Part shown: piece by piece, positions 27,140 through 37,601 of the stretch
Layout: each line of letters opens with the position of its first letter
Position numbering within the stretch: the first letter of the stretch is position 1
Assembly (NCBI GenBank): GCA_964466515.1
Contig: CAYXQS010000001.1
Coordinates: 15,192-79,191, forward strand
DNA: 64,000 bases
Reading direction: 5' to 3'
From: an uncultured Gemmatimonas sp.
Lineage (GTDB): Bacteria > Gemmatimonadota > Gemmatimonadetes > Gemmatimonadales > Gemmatimonadaceae
Position numbers and translations under genes: made by a program
The notes under the pieces: generated by a model
The model's input: only the letters and a program-made list of their open reading frames with translations
Told to the model about the DNA's origin: nothing
Database searches by the model: none

Positions 27140-30100
27140 ACATCGTGCACCGCAGGTTCCTCGGTCTTGCCGCCGCCGCGCTCGCGGGCGGCCTGATCGT
27201 CTCGTGCGACGATCCCACGCATCCGCCCACGGAAGGGTCGATTGCGCCGCGGATCGTCTGGGTGCTGCCGGACGCCGGCAACCCGTCGGCCGCGCTCGAT
27301 CCGACGCTCGTACGCGCCCGCATCATCGGGCCGTCGTCGTCGACGATCCTCGAGCTGGTGGAAACCCCCTCGGCGTACACGGGGCGGGTGAAGGGGCTGC
27401 CGGCAGGCGCCTACGAAGTCATCATCGAAGGCATCGCGGTGGGCGAGGTGCAGTACTACGGCCGCGTGACGGGCGTGCAGGTTGCGCGCGGCGCGACGGC
27501 GTCGCCGTTGATCAACTTCGTGCCGGCGGTGCCGGCGGTGCAGGCACCGCCGCTTCCCAATTCCACGAACTACTCGCAGCGCATCCAGTGGCCGGCCATC
27601 CCATCCGCCGCCAGCTACTCGGTGCAGGTGAGCTCGTCCAACACCTTTGCCGCCCCCGAGGTCGCGTTCTCGACGACCGAGACGGACCCGGTCGTTACCG
27701 TGCCGGGCCTCGGCACCTGGCACGTCCGCACACGCCCGGTCCTCCCCGGGCTTGTCACCCCGGTGGCGTGGTCCGACGCGCGCTCCTTCCAGGTCTTTGA
27801 GGCGCCGGGTGGCCGCACGGGCGACGACGCGGCCTCGGTGCCCGTCGGTCCGCTCGCGCCGGACACCGTCTACAACCGCAACATCACGGCCGCCGCGCGT
27901 GAGGACTGGTTCGAGATCGAGGCGCGCACCGGCGACACGGTCCACGTCGAGACGTTTGCCCAGCGCCTCAACCCGCCGTCGAGCCTGAATACGATCCTGA
28001 CGCTCTTCGAGAAGGACGGAACGACGCAGATCGCGCAGAACGACGATGCCGCCGGGACCACGGACTCGCGCATCGCCGTGGTCTCGCCGGTCACCGACAC
28101 GCTCAAGATCCGCGTGTCCGCCCCGGGCACATCGAGCGGACACTACAACCTCCGCACCGAGCTCCGCCGCCTCCCGGCCGCGCCGACCACGCTCACCGCC
28201 ACGGTGGTCTCGGGGACGCAGGTGGATCTTGCCTGGACCGACAACGCCGACAACGAGTCGCAGTTCGTCATTCAGCGCTGCGTGGGTGCGGCCTGCAGCA
28301 ACTTCACCGATGTCGCGACGGTCCTTCCGGACGTCGTGACCTACAGCAACGACACCCTGACGCAGGGCGTCGACTATCGCTGGCGCGTGCGTGCGCAGAA
28401 CGGCGTGGGCCTGTCGGCGCCGACCAACATCGCGAGTGCGAGCACCAGCGGGCCGACCGCGCCCACGGCGCTCACGGCCGCGACGGTCAGCGCGACGCGG
28501 ATCGACCTGGCGTGGGCGGACAACTCCAACAACGAGCTTGGCTTCCTCATCGAGCGCTGCACGGGTGCCGCGTGCGAGGCCTTTGCGGCCATCGACTCCG
28601 TCGGCGCCGGCGTGGAGGCGTACCAGGACCTCGGCGTCACCTACGGCCAGCAGTACCGGTACCGGGTGCGCGCCACCAATACCGTGGTGCCGTCGGCGTA
28701 CACCGATGTTGCCGAGGCCAGCACCCTGCCGCCGGTCACGCCGAGCGGGCTGACGGCCACCGTGGCCGGGGCGACGCAGATCAACCTGGCCTGGACCGAC
28801 AACGCGAGCGACGAAGTCGGCTTCTACATCGAGCGCTGCACCAACGACGCGTGCAGCGGGTTTGTCATCATTGACTCGGTGGGTGCGAACGTCGAGGCGT
28901 ACCAGGACCACGACGTCGTCTTCAATACCGCGTATCGGTATCGCGTACGCGTCTACCACGTCATCACCGACCTCTCGACGTCTGGTCCCGCGGACGCGGA
29001 CACGCGCCCCCCCACGACGCCCACCGGACTGGTGGCGACGCTGATTGCCAGCAACGAGATCGGCCTGACGTGGAACGACCTCGCGGACGACGAGCTCGGC
29101 TACACCATCGAGCGCTGCTCCGATGCGGCGTGTACGGACTTCGCGCCGATCCACACCACCGCGCCCGACGCCACCAGCTACAGCGACCTCACGGTCCAGT
29201 TGGACAGTGTCTATCGGTACCGGGTCCTTGCGGTCGGCGTGCCGGGGAACTCGGCGGTGTCGAATGTGGCCGAAGCGAACACCATCTCGCCCGAGGCGCC
29301 CACGCTGCTCACCGCGACGACCATCTCCGCCGAACTGATCCGGCTGGGGTGGACCGACAACGCGGACAACGAGACCGGCTTCTCGATCTATCGGTGTCAG
29401 GGGATCGGCTGCACGCCGTCGAACCTCCTGGCGAACGCGGGCCCCGATGCGGAGACGTACGACGACTCGACTGCTGTCGCGGGCGAGAGCTACACGTATC
29501 GCGTGCTCGCCGTGAACGTTGCGGCGGCGTCGGCGCCGTCGAACAACGCCACGGCCCACACCTTCGCGCCGAGCTCGCCCGAGGCCCTGATGGCCACGAC
29601 CGTGTCGGCCTCGCGCATTGACCTGGCGTGGGACAACAACGACCTCGAACCCACCACGATGGTGCGCATCGAGCGCTGCGTGGGCGTCGGGTGCGACGGC
29701 TTTGTCGAGATTGCCGTGGTGCCCGCCACACCGGCGGCGTACGAGAACAGCGGCGGCGACTTCCCGGTGGCGATTGAGAACTCGTACACGTACCGCATTC
29801 GCGCGCAGAACGCGGCGGACGTGTCGCAGTATTCCAACGAAGCCACCGCGCGCACGATCACGGCGTCCGCGCCGACGGCGCTCACCGCGCTCACGATGGC
29901 CTTCGACGTAATCCATCTCACGTGGGGGCCGGCCGCTCCGGACGTGACCGGGTACATCGTTTACCGTTGCCAAGGCGCGGCGTGCACGACGATGACCCTG
30001 TTGAGTGGCGAGCCGGTCGCCGAGCTCGAGTACACGGACATCACGGCACAACTGGGGAACGACTACCGGTATGTGGTGCGTGGCATCAACGTCGTCGGCC

Positions 30101-33100
30101 CTGGGCACGTCAGCGATACCGTCAATGCCGACACGCGCCCACCCCTTGGCGTCACCGACCTCGTGGCGACGCCGATGCCGGGCATCGTGCGCCTGACCTG
30201 GACGGACAACGCGGACAACGAGACCTCGATCATCATCAATCGGTGCACGACCGACCCGTGCAGCCCCACCCCGATCGCGACGATACCGTCGGCCAACCTG
30301 GTGACGTGGGACGACTCGTCGGTGGTGGCGAACACCGAGTACGTCTATAGCGTGACCGTGGCGAACGCGGTGGATAACGTGACCTCGGGCTCGACCGGCG
30401 CCAACACGCTCATCGCCAGCCCGGTCACCGTGCTGTCCGCGACGACGGTGTCGGCCACGCAGGTCAACCTGACGTGGACGCAGAGTCCAAGCCAAGGCAC
30501 CGGCCTGGTCACCGGCTATAACGTGTATCGCTGCGGCGGCGCGTGCGACCCGGCCGTGACGGGCGCGCTGATCGCGTCGTTGTCGGCCGCGGCGGCAGCA
30601 TACGAGGACACGCCGGTCGAGGCCGATAGCAGCTACACCTACGCGGTATTGCCGACCACGGGCTTTGGCGAGACCGGCTTTGGTGGGAGCGCGACGGCCT
30701 TTGCGAGCACGCAGGTGTCGGCGGCGCCGAGCGGCCTGGTGGGCGTGGCGCAGAGTCCGACCAGCATCCTGGTCACGTGGAACGACAACTCCGATGATGA
30801 AACGCACTTTGAGGTGGCGCAGTGCGCAGGAGTGGGCTGCACGGAGTTTGTGACGGTCGCCACCACGGGAGCGGGCGTCGCCAACTACCTCGCGGACACG
30901 CTGACGTTCAACGTGCGGTACCGGTTCGTGGTGCGGGCCGTGAACGCTTCGGGTGCCTCGGCCTCGGCGGATACCGTTGAGGCCGGGACCACGGTGCCGG
31001 CGGTGCCGACGAATGTCGCGGTGTTCATCACCGACGGCACGGGCAACTTCCGGGTGACGTGGGTCGACGTGTCCGACGACGAGAGCGGGTTCGAGATTGA
31101 CTACTGTAACGGCCCGGGTTGTGAGTCGTGGAATCTCCTGACGAGCACCCCGGTGGATGTCGAGCAGGTTGACATCGGCTCCGGGGGCGCGGCCACGTAT
31201 AGATTCCGGGTCCGCGCGGTCAATGCCGCGGGTACCTCGGCGCCCTCGATTGCCACGGAGATCACCGGCGGGCAGCCGTACGCGGCCCCCACCGGAACCA
31301 TCGCGACGGCGACGGGACCGACCAGCATTCTCGTCACGTGGACGGATCAGACCAACAACGAGACCATCTTCAGGATTCTGCGGTGTACCGGCGCTGCCTG
31401 CGACCCGTTCGCGGGAATCGTGGTGGACTCCGTGCCGCGCGACACGACGTCGTTCCTGGATACGAGTGTCTCGAGTGGGGAGATCTATCGGTACGTCGTG
31501 GTGGCCGTGAACGGTTTTTGGGAGAATGCCTCGATCATATTTGACGGCAACACGATGCCGCCCGATGCGCCGGGAACACTCTCGCTCACGACGATCTCCA
31601 ATACGCAGATCGACCTGGCGTGGAGTGACGGCGGGCCGTTCGAGACGGGCTATGTGATCGAACGCTGCGCGGGCGTGTCGTGCGGCGACTTTGCGCCGAT
31701 TGACACCGTCCCGGCGAACTTCGTGTCGTTCAGCGACGTGGGGCTGACGCCGAATGAACTGTATCGGTATCGCGTGCAGGCCATCAACGCGGTGGCGGTC
31801 TCGGGATACTCGAACGTCGCCGAGAAGGCCACCGACCTGCCGGCCACGCCGACCGGCCTCAGTGCGCTGGCGATGACCGGCACGCGCATTGACCTCGCCT
31901 GGACCGACAACGCGACGAACGAGGACTCGTACATCGTCGAGCGGTGCGCAGGCACGTGTGATGCCGATGGAGCCTTCGTCGAGATCCAGACCGGCCTCGC
32001 GCCGGGCGCGCAGGCCTTCGCGGACAACGGCGTCAGCGCGGGCCAGACCTACAGCTACCGCGTGCGTGCCCTCAATGTAGGCGGCGTGAGCCCGTACACG
32101 AACATCGCGACGGCCACCACGGCGGCGCCCAACGCTCCAACCGGCCTTGCGGTCACGACGCTGAGCGGCACGCTCATCGAACTGACGTGGAACGACAACG
32201 CCTCCAACGAGTTGAGCTACCAGATCGAGCGGTGCACGAGCGCGGCCTGTCCGGCGTTTACGCTGCGCACGACGCTCGGTCCGGATGCGACCGACTACGT
32301 GGACACGGTGGCGGTGGACGACGAGTACACCTACCGCGTGCGGGCGGTGAACAATGTCGGCAGCTCGGGCTATACCGGCGAGGAGACAGCGAACACATTC
32401 CTGCCCGCGGCGGCGACCGATTTTGTGGTGGCCACCATCTCCGGGACTCGCATTGACCTGAGCTGGACGGACATCGCCACCAATGAGGACGGCTATGTCG
32501 TCGAGCGCTGCAGTGGCGATTCGTGCTCGACGTTCACGGTGCTCGACTCGTTGCCGTCGGATGCGAACGGCTACCAGAACGACGGCATTGCCGCGCAGAC
32601 GTCATTTACGTACCGCGTCTATGCCTATAACATCGCGGGGCACTCGGCCATCGCGGGCCCGCTGACCGCGACGACGATCACGCCGGCCGCACCCACCGGG
32701 TTGGCGGCGGTGCTCGCCGCGCCGGGCCAGATTGACCTGACCTGGACCGATAACGCCAACAACGAGATCCAGTATCGCGTCGAGCGCTGCGCCGGGACGG
32801 GCAACTGCAACACGACGGAGTTGATGAATGTCAACGCCGTCGAAGTGGCGACGCTCGGCCCCGACGCGACTTTCCACTCGGACCCGGGCCTCGCCCCGGC
32901 GACAAACTACTTCTATCGCGTGCGCGCGACGAACGTTGCGGGCGCGTCGCCGTACTCGGCCACCGTGAACCTCAGCACGAGTGTGCCGGCCGCCCCCACG
33001 GGTCTGGTGGCGGTGACCATCCTGGGCACGCGCATTGACCTGGCGTGGACCGACATCTCGGCCAACGAGGAAGGCTTCCGCGTGGAGCGTTGCATCGGGC

Positions 33101-36100
33101 CTGACCCGTGCTCGGCCTTCACGCAGATCGCCCAGTTGCCGGCAGGGACGACGAGTCACGCCGACTCCACGCTCACGCCGGGGCAGGAGGTGTATTATCG
33201 CGTCCTCGCCTTCAACGGTGGTGGCGGGAACGCCTCGAATGTTGCGTCGGCCACCACCTTCGTGCCGGGGACCCCCCTGGGGATTGCCGCGGCGGCGAGC
33301 GGTCAGGAGATGGTGAACCTGACCTGGGTCGATAATGCAAGCGATGAGGCGGGATACTACGTCGAGCGCTGCACGGGCCCCGATTGCACCGACTTTGTCC
33401 CGCTGGACACCTTGGCGGCCAACGTCACGCTGTACGCCGACGCGACCGTGGCAGCCGACAACGTGTATCGCTATCGCGTGCGGGCGTTCGGCAACGGCCA
33501 TTCGGACTACACGCCGATCGCGTCGGTGGCGACCATCCTGCCGAATGCGGCGACGGACCTCGTGGCGACGGCGGTCTCCGACACGCGGGTGGACCTGGCG
33601 TGGACCGACAACACGTCCGCCGACTCCCTGTGGAACGAGACGGAGTTCTCCATCTATCGTTGCGCAGGGGAGTCGTGTACGCCCGCGGCGCTCCACGCCC
33701 AGGTTGGGCGCGACACGACGGTCTTCTCCGACCTGTCCCTGACACCCGGCGTGACGTATCGCTACCACGTGGTGGCGCTGAACCTTGCGGGCGCTGCCGC
33801 GCCCAGCAACGTGGCGACAGCCGCCACGACGGTTCCGGCCATCCCGACGGCGCTCGCCGACTCGACCGTCTCCGCGACCGCCGTGATGCTGCTGTGGACC
33901 GACAACGCGGACAACGAGACGGGCTACGAGATCGAGCGCTGCGAGGGGAGCGGCTGCACGGACTTTGCGCCGATTGACACGGCGGCGGCGGACGATGAAT
34001 CCATCGTCATCGACGGGCTCGACGGGGCGGCGGCGTATCGGTTCCGCGTCCGCGCCTTCAATGCCGGCGGAAGCTCCGGATACTCGAACGTCGTGCTGGC
34101 GCGCTCCGACGTGCCGCCGGCGCCGACGGCGCTCGTGGGCGCGACGGTCTCGCCGACGCAGGTGGACCTCGCCTGGACGGACAACGCCGAGAACGAGACG
34201 GCGTACATCGTCGAGCGGTGCGATGGCAGCGGATGCAGCGACTTTGTCGCGGTTGATTCGCTCGCGGCGGATGCCACCGCGTACCAGGACGCGACGATCG
34301 CCATCGACACGGTGTATGTGTACCGCGTGCGGGCCAGCAACATCGTCGGGGCGTCGGCGTACACCGCCGAGGTCACGGTGAGCACGTACCGTCCGCAGAC
34401 GCCAACGGGCCTCGCCGCAGTGCCGTTCTCGGCCACGCGTGTGGACCTGACGTGGACCGACGTGGCGGACAACGACACGGCCATCGTGGTCGAGCGTTGC
34501 ACGGGGGTGGGGTGCTCGGACTTCACGGATATCGACTCGCTGCCGTCCGAGGCCACGTCGTACAGTGACCTGACGGTGACGGTGAACAACACCTACGCGT
34601 ACCGCCTGCGGGCCGAGAACGCGGCAGGAGCCTCCGCGCCGACCGACTCGGCGGTGGCGGCCACGTTCATCCCGTCCGATCCCTCCGGGCTCACGGCGGC
34701 AACGAACACGCCCACGCAGATCACGCTGAACTGGACGGACAACTCGGACACCGAGATTGACTTCCTGATCGAGCGTTGCGTCGGCATTGGGTGTACCGAG
34801 TTCGACTCGCTCTTCGTGGTGGGCGAGAACGAAACGGCATACGCTGATACCTCGGTCACGCTGGGCAACAGCTATTCCTACCGGGTGATTGCGCGTGGCG
34901 GCGGTGGCAACTCCGAGTCCTCGGGGACGGCCACGGCGCACACGTTCCCGGCGGGCGACGTGGCCACGCTGACGGCGTCGCCGCTGACGGCAACGGCCGT
35001 GCAGCTCTCGTGGACGGCGGCCGACTTCGCGTCGCTCTATCAGATTGCGACGGTGGATGGCGTTGATACAACGGACGTCGCGTTCGTGTCCTTTGGGGTG
35101 ACGGATACAGTGGTCACGGTCGCGACCGGGCAGAGCTACCACTTCATCGTCCGGGCGGGCAACTTTGCGGGCTCCGGTACGCCCGCCGCTGCCGTGGTGG
35201 CGATGACGCCGCCGCCGGCGCCGGTGAACCTCACGGTCTTTCCGCTGACGACCAGCCAGGCCTCGCTGGTGTGGAGCGACACCTCGGCCCGCGAGACGGG
35301 CTTTGAGGTGGAGCGTGCGTTCTTTAGCGCCGGCAACTTTGGCTCCTACGCGACGGTTGCTACACTCGGTGCGAACGTGACGTCGGATGTCAACACAGTG
35401 GCGGCGCCCAATGGACGCTACAAGTACCGCGTACGGGCGGTGAACCTGATTGGCGCCGGTGACTATTCCAACGAAGTGGACCTGACGCTTACGGGGCCAA
35501 TCGCACCGAGTGGGCTCTCCGCGAACGTGACGGCGCCGGGGCAGATTACGCTCGGCTGGAACGACAACTCCGACAGCGAGCAGTCGTTCTCCATCGAACG
35601 GAGCGTCGGCAACAACCTGAGCTTCTCGCAGGTGGCGACGGTCGGACCCGGCGTGGGGTCTCACGTGGACTCCAGCGGCATTGCCATCAATACCGCGTAT
35701 TTCTACCGCGTACGTGCCATCAACAACATTGGGGCGTCGGGCTACACCAACGAGGCCTCGACGACAACGACGGTCCCGAATGTCGTCGGGAGCCTGATAG
35801 CCACCATCCAGAATTCGACGAGTATCCAGGTGGGGTGGAACGGCGCGGGGACAACCGGCGAACTCGGCTTCCGTGTGTATCGCTGCGTGGGCGGTGGCTG
35901 TGCCGACTTCACGTTGCTGGACGGGTCGTTGCCGCCGGATGCAGTCACGTACACGGACGCGACGGCGGGTTACGGGAACACCTATCGCTATCAGGTGCGG
36001 CCCTACAACATCGCCGGCGAGCCGACGGGCAACCTAACGGTCGATCGTCCGCTGGTGTTGCCGACGCCGGGTTCGGTGGTGGCATTGCCGGTCGACCGGA

Positions 36101-37572
36101 CGTCGCTGCGGGTCCGGTGGAACCCCGCCCCGTTCACGTGGGAGACGGGTTTCGAGATCGAGCAGTGCGTCGACTTCGGCTGCACGGACTTCACGCCGCT
36201 GACAACGGTCGCCGCCGACGAATTGATGACGGTGTCGGAAGGCCTGTCTCCCAACGGCGCGTGGTATCGGTATCGTGTGCGTGCGGTGGCGGACGGGAAT
36301 GCTGGGCCGTGGTCTGCCATCGTCACGACGAACACGCCACGGGCCGTGACCCTCGGCGACACGCTGGTGACGGTGACGTCGGCGGAGATCGCCGCGAACG
36401 GCTTTATGACGCATTACGTGGTGGCGATGCCGGCCGGTTCGCCGACCGTGGAAGTGTCCATCGGTGAGGATCCGAATGGGACTACCACGACTGGGGGTTC
36501 GTACCTCATCGTGCAGCGCGGTACGGGCATCCAACTGAGTGCAGGTAGCCTCGTTGGTTTGGAGATGAGCGGGGACACGCTGTGCGCACCGGTGACGTTC
36601 CGAACAGCGGGGCAGCCGGACCTCACCTGCTCGCTACCGCATCTGGGCGTGACGACCGATTACTACATCACCACCTACTCGAATCCGTACACGAACGAGC
36701 GACTCATCGCGTTGCCGGGTCCGACCACATACACGTTCAACAACTGCACGCAGACCGGCCGCGTCGGGCCGTCGCAGGGCCAGTGTGACGCCGCCTACAC
36801 GGGCACAGCACTGCAGGGCCAAGTGGCTGTCGCGGACTCCGGCTTCCAGGATTGGACGGTGCCGTTCAGTGGTCGGTGGGCGGTGACGGCGGTCGGTGCG
36901 GCGGGGGTGTCGGCGGATCCGGCGCGACTTGGTGGACGCGGTGCTCGGATCTACGGTGAGTTTACACTGACCGCAGGCCAGGTCCTTCGGGTCGCCGCTG
37001 GCCAGATGGGTAATGGCGCCGGGTCGGGCAGCAACGGCGGCGGTGGCGGCGGGAGCTTCGTGTACGATCTCACCGGTGCCACGCCGATGCTGATTGCGGG
37101 TGGCGGCGGTGGAACGCGCGTTTCGGTCGGCCAGAACGGATGCGATGCCTCGATTACGGCCTTTGCCATCACTGGCAGTGGCGGCGAGGCCACCTCCCCC
37201 TGCACGGTGAAGGGGGGCGATGCGGGCCTGGGTGGAATCGTGAGCTCGGAGTCGTGGGGGTCCGCCGGCGCCGGCTTCAACAGCAATGGCGCGAATGACT
37301 TTGGCTACGGGACCGGCGGTCGCTCGTGGGCGTCCTTCTTGGTGGGCGGCACTGACGACGCCTGCGGCATCGGCTTTGGCGGCTTTGGCGGCGGTGGATC
37401 CGGCGGTGGGTGCTCCGGCGGCGGCGGCGGCGGTGGCTACTCCGGCGGCGACGGCGGACGCATTGCCGGCGGCGGCGGCTCGTTCAACGCCGGCACCAAG
37501 GTTTCCGCCACAGCCGGCGTCGGCACGGGCCACGGGTCAATCGTCCTGAAGTACCTGGGGCCGATTGACTGA
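27136..37572 (+). CDS. Giant (3478 aa) lipoprotein: PPC-like domain, 29 tandem FN3 repeats, C-terminal ALK/LTK-like glycine-rich domain
   Basis: GTG 27136 overlaps the upstream TGA; RRFL..LIVSC signal; repeats P.APT.L.A....T.IDL.WTDN..NE.G..IERC.G..C..F...Y.YRVRA.N; Gly-rich C-terminus. Confidence 0.88.
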   Translation: MNIVHRRFLGLAAAALAGGLIVSCDDPTHPPTEGSIAPRIVWVLPDAGNPSAALDPTLVRARIIGPSSSTILELVETPSAYTGRVKGLPAGAYEVIIEGIAVGEVQYYGRVTGVQVARGATASPLINFVPAVPAVQAPPLPNSTNYSQRIQWPAIPSAASYSVQVSSSNTFAAPEVAFSTTETDPVVTVPGLGTWHVRTRPVLPGLVTPVAWSDARSFQVFEAPGGRTGDDAASVPVGPLAPDTVYNRNITAAAREDWFEIEARTGDTVHVETFAQRLNPPSSLNTILTLFEKDGTTQIAQNDDAAGTTDSRIAVVSPVTDTLKIRVSAPGTSSGHYNLRTELRRLPAAPTTLTATVVSGTQVDLAWTDNADNESQFVIQRCVGAACSNFTDVATVLPDVVTYSNDTLTQGVDYRWRVRAQNGVGLSAPTNIASASTSGPTAPTALTAATVSATRIDLAWADNSNNELGFLIERCTGAACEAFAAIDSVGAGVEAYQDLGVTYGQQYRYRVRATNTVVPSAYTDVAEASTLPPVTPSGLTATVAGATQINLAWTDNASDEVGFYIERCTNDACSGFVIIDSVGANVEAYQDHDVVFNTAYRYRVRVYHVITDLSTSGPADADTRPPTTPTGLVATLIASNEIGLTWNDLADDELGYTIERCSDAACTDFAPIHTTAPDATSYSDLTVQLDSVYRYRVLAVGVPGNSAVSNVAEANTISPEAPTLLTATTISAELIRLGWTDNADNETGFSIYRCQGIGCTPSNLLANAGPDAETYDDSTAVAGESYTYRVLAVNVAAASAPSNNATAHTFAPSSPEALMATTVSASRIDLAWDNNDLEPTTMVRIERCVGVGCDGFVEIAVVPATPAAYENSGGDFPVAIENSYTYRIRAQNAADVSQYSNEATARTITASAPTALTALTMAFDVIHLTWGPAAPDVTGYIVYRCQGAACTTMTLLSGEPVAELEYTDITAQLGNDYRYVVRGINVVGPGHVSDTVNADTRPPLGVTDLVATPMPGIVRLTWTDNADNETSIIINRCTTDPCSPTPIATIPSANLVTWDDSSVVANTEYVYSVTVANAVDNVTSGSTGANTLIASPVTVLSATTVSATQVNLTWTQSPSQGTGLVTGYNVYRCGGACDPAVTGALIASLSAAAAAYEDTPVEADSSYTYAVLPTTGFGETGFGGSATAFASTQVSAAPSGLVGVAQSPTSILVTWNDNSDDETHFEVAQCAGVGCTEFVTVATTGAGVANYLADTLTFNVRYRFVVRAVNASGASASADTVEAGTTVPAVPTNVAVFITDGTGNFRVTWVDVSDDESGFEIDYCNGPGCESWNLLTSTPVDVEQVDIGSGGAATYRFRVRAVNAAGTSAPSIATEITGGQPYAAPTGTIATATGPTSILVTWTDQTNNETIFRILRCTGAACDPFAGIVVDSVPRDTTSFLDTSVSSGEIYRYVVVAVNGFWENASIIFDGNTMPPDAPGTLSLTTISNTQIDLAWSDGGPFETGYVIERCAGVSCGDFAPIDTVPANFVSFSDVGLTPNELYRYRVQAINAVAVSGYSNVAEKATDLPATPTGLSALAMTGTRIDLAWTDNATNEDSYIVERCAGTCDADGAFVEIQTGLAPGAQAFADNGVSAGQTYSYRVRALNVGGVSPYTNIATATTAAPNAPTGLAVTTLSGTLIELTWNDNASNELSYQIERCTSAACPAFTLRTTLGPDATDYVDTVAVDDEYTYRVRAVNNVGSSGYTGEETANTFLPAAATDFVVATISGTRIDLSWTDIATNEDGYVVERCSGDSCSTFTVLDSLPSDANGYQNDGIAAQTSFTYRVYAYNIAGHSAIAGPLTATTITPAAPTGLAAVLAAPGQIDLTWTDNANNEIQYRVERCAGTGNCNTTELMNVNAVEVATLGPDATFHSDPGLAPATNYFYRVRATNVAGASPYSATVNLSTSVPAAPTGLVAVTILGTRIDLAWTDISANEEGFRVERCIGPDPCSAFTQIAQLPAGTTSHADSTLTPGQEVYYRVLAFNGGGGNASNVASATTFVPGTPLGIAAAASGQEMVNLTWVDNASDEAGYYVERCTGPDCTDFVPLDTLAANVTLYADATVAADNVYRYRVRAFGNGHSDYTPIASVATILPNAATDLVATAVSDTRVDLAWTDNTSADSLWNETEFSIYRCAGESCTPAALHAQVGRDTTVFSDLSLTPGVTYRYHVVALNLAGAAAPSNVATAATTVPAIPTALADSTVSATAVMLLWTDNADNETGYEIERCEGSGCTDFAPIDTAAADDESIVIDGLDGAAAYRFRVRAFNAGGSSGYSNVVLARSDVPPAPTALVGATVSPTQVDLAWTDNAENETAYIVERCDGSGCSDFVAVDSLAADATAYQDATIAIDTVYVYRVRASNIVGASAYTAEVTVSTYRPQTPTGLAAVPFSATRVDLTWTDVADNDTAIVVERCTGVGCSDFTDIDSLPSEATSYSDLTVTVNNTYAYRLRAENAAGASAPTDSAVAATFIPSDPSGLTAATNTPTQITLNWTDNSDTEIDFLIERCVGIGCTEFDSLFVVGENETAYADTSVTLGNSYSYRVIARGGGGNSESSGTATAHTFPAGDVATLTASPLTATAVQLSWTAADFASLYQIATVDGVDTTDVAFVSFGVTDTVVTVATGQSYHFIVRAGNFAGSGTPAAAVVAMTPPPAPVNLTVFPLTTSQASLVWSDTSARETGFEVERAFFSAGNFGSYATVATLGANVTSDVNTVAAPNGRYKYRVRAVNLIGAGDYSNEVDLTLTGPIAPSGLSANVTAPGQITLGWNDNSDSEQSFSIERSVGNNLSFSQVATVGPGVGSHVDSSGIAINTAYFYRVRAINNIGASGYTNEASTTTTVPNVVGSLIATIQNSTSIQVGWNGAGTTGELGFRVYRCVGGGCADFTLLDGSLPPDAVTYTDATAGYGNTYRYQVRPYNIAGEPTGNLTVDRPLVLPTPGSVVALPVDRTSLRVRWNPAPFTWETGFEIEQCVDFGCTDFTPLTTVAADELMTVSEGLSPNGAWYRYRVRAVADGNAGPWSAIVTTNTPRAVTLGDTLVTVTSAEIAANGFMTHYVVAMPAGSPTVEVSIGEDPNGTTTTGGSYLIVQRGTGIQLSAGSLVGLEMSGDTLCAPVTFRTAGQPDLTCSLPHLGVTTDYYITTYSNPYTNERLIALPGPTTYTFNNCTQTGRVGPSQGQCDAAYTGTALQGQVAVADSGFQDWTVPFSGRWAVTAVGAAGVSADPARLGGRGARIYGEFTLTAGQVLRVAAGQMGNGAGSGSNGGGGGGSFVYDLTGATPMLIAGGGGGTRVSVGQNGCDASITAFAITGSGGEATSPCTVKGGDAGLGGIVSSESWGSAGAGFNSNGANDFGYGTGGRSWASFLVGGTDDACGIGFGGFGGGGSGGGCSGGGGGGGYSGGDGGRIAGGGGSFNAGTKVSATAGVGTGHGSIVLKYLGPID
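28171..36340 (+). repeat. Coding tandem array of 29 diverged FN3 repeats (about 280 bp each)
   Basis: Counted by hand from the translation; recurring DNA words such as gacctggcgtggaccgacaac and atcgagcgctgc. Confidence 0.85.
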
Positions 37573-37601
37573 ACGGGCGTCGTAATGGAGTGAGTGCAAA
37601 G

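Noticed and set aside
27136-27210. RRFL as a Tat signal for the 3478-aa protein
   Set aside because: A folded protein of this size is implausible for Tat; a Sec lipoprotein signal (LIVSC) explains it, though Tat cannot be formally excluded.
26737-35664. Long antisense ORFs (1356 aa at 26737-30807 and 1020 aa at 32602-35664) opposite the FN3 gene
   Set aside because: Arg/Gly/His-rich with no motifs; expected shadow frames from high-GC codon bias.
28171-36340. Periodic DNA words suggesting a CRISPR array or DGR template/variable repeats
   Set aside because: The period is about 280 bp, in frame and diverged at synonymous sites; no identical repeats, cas genes or reverse transcriptase.
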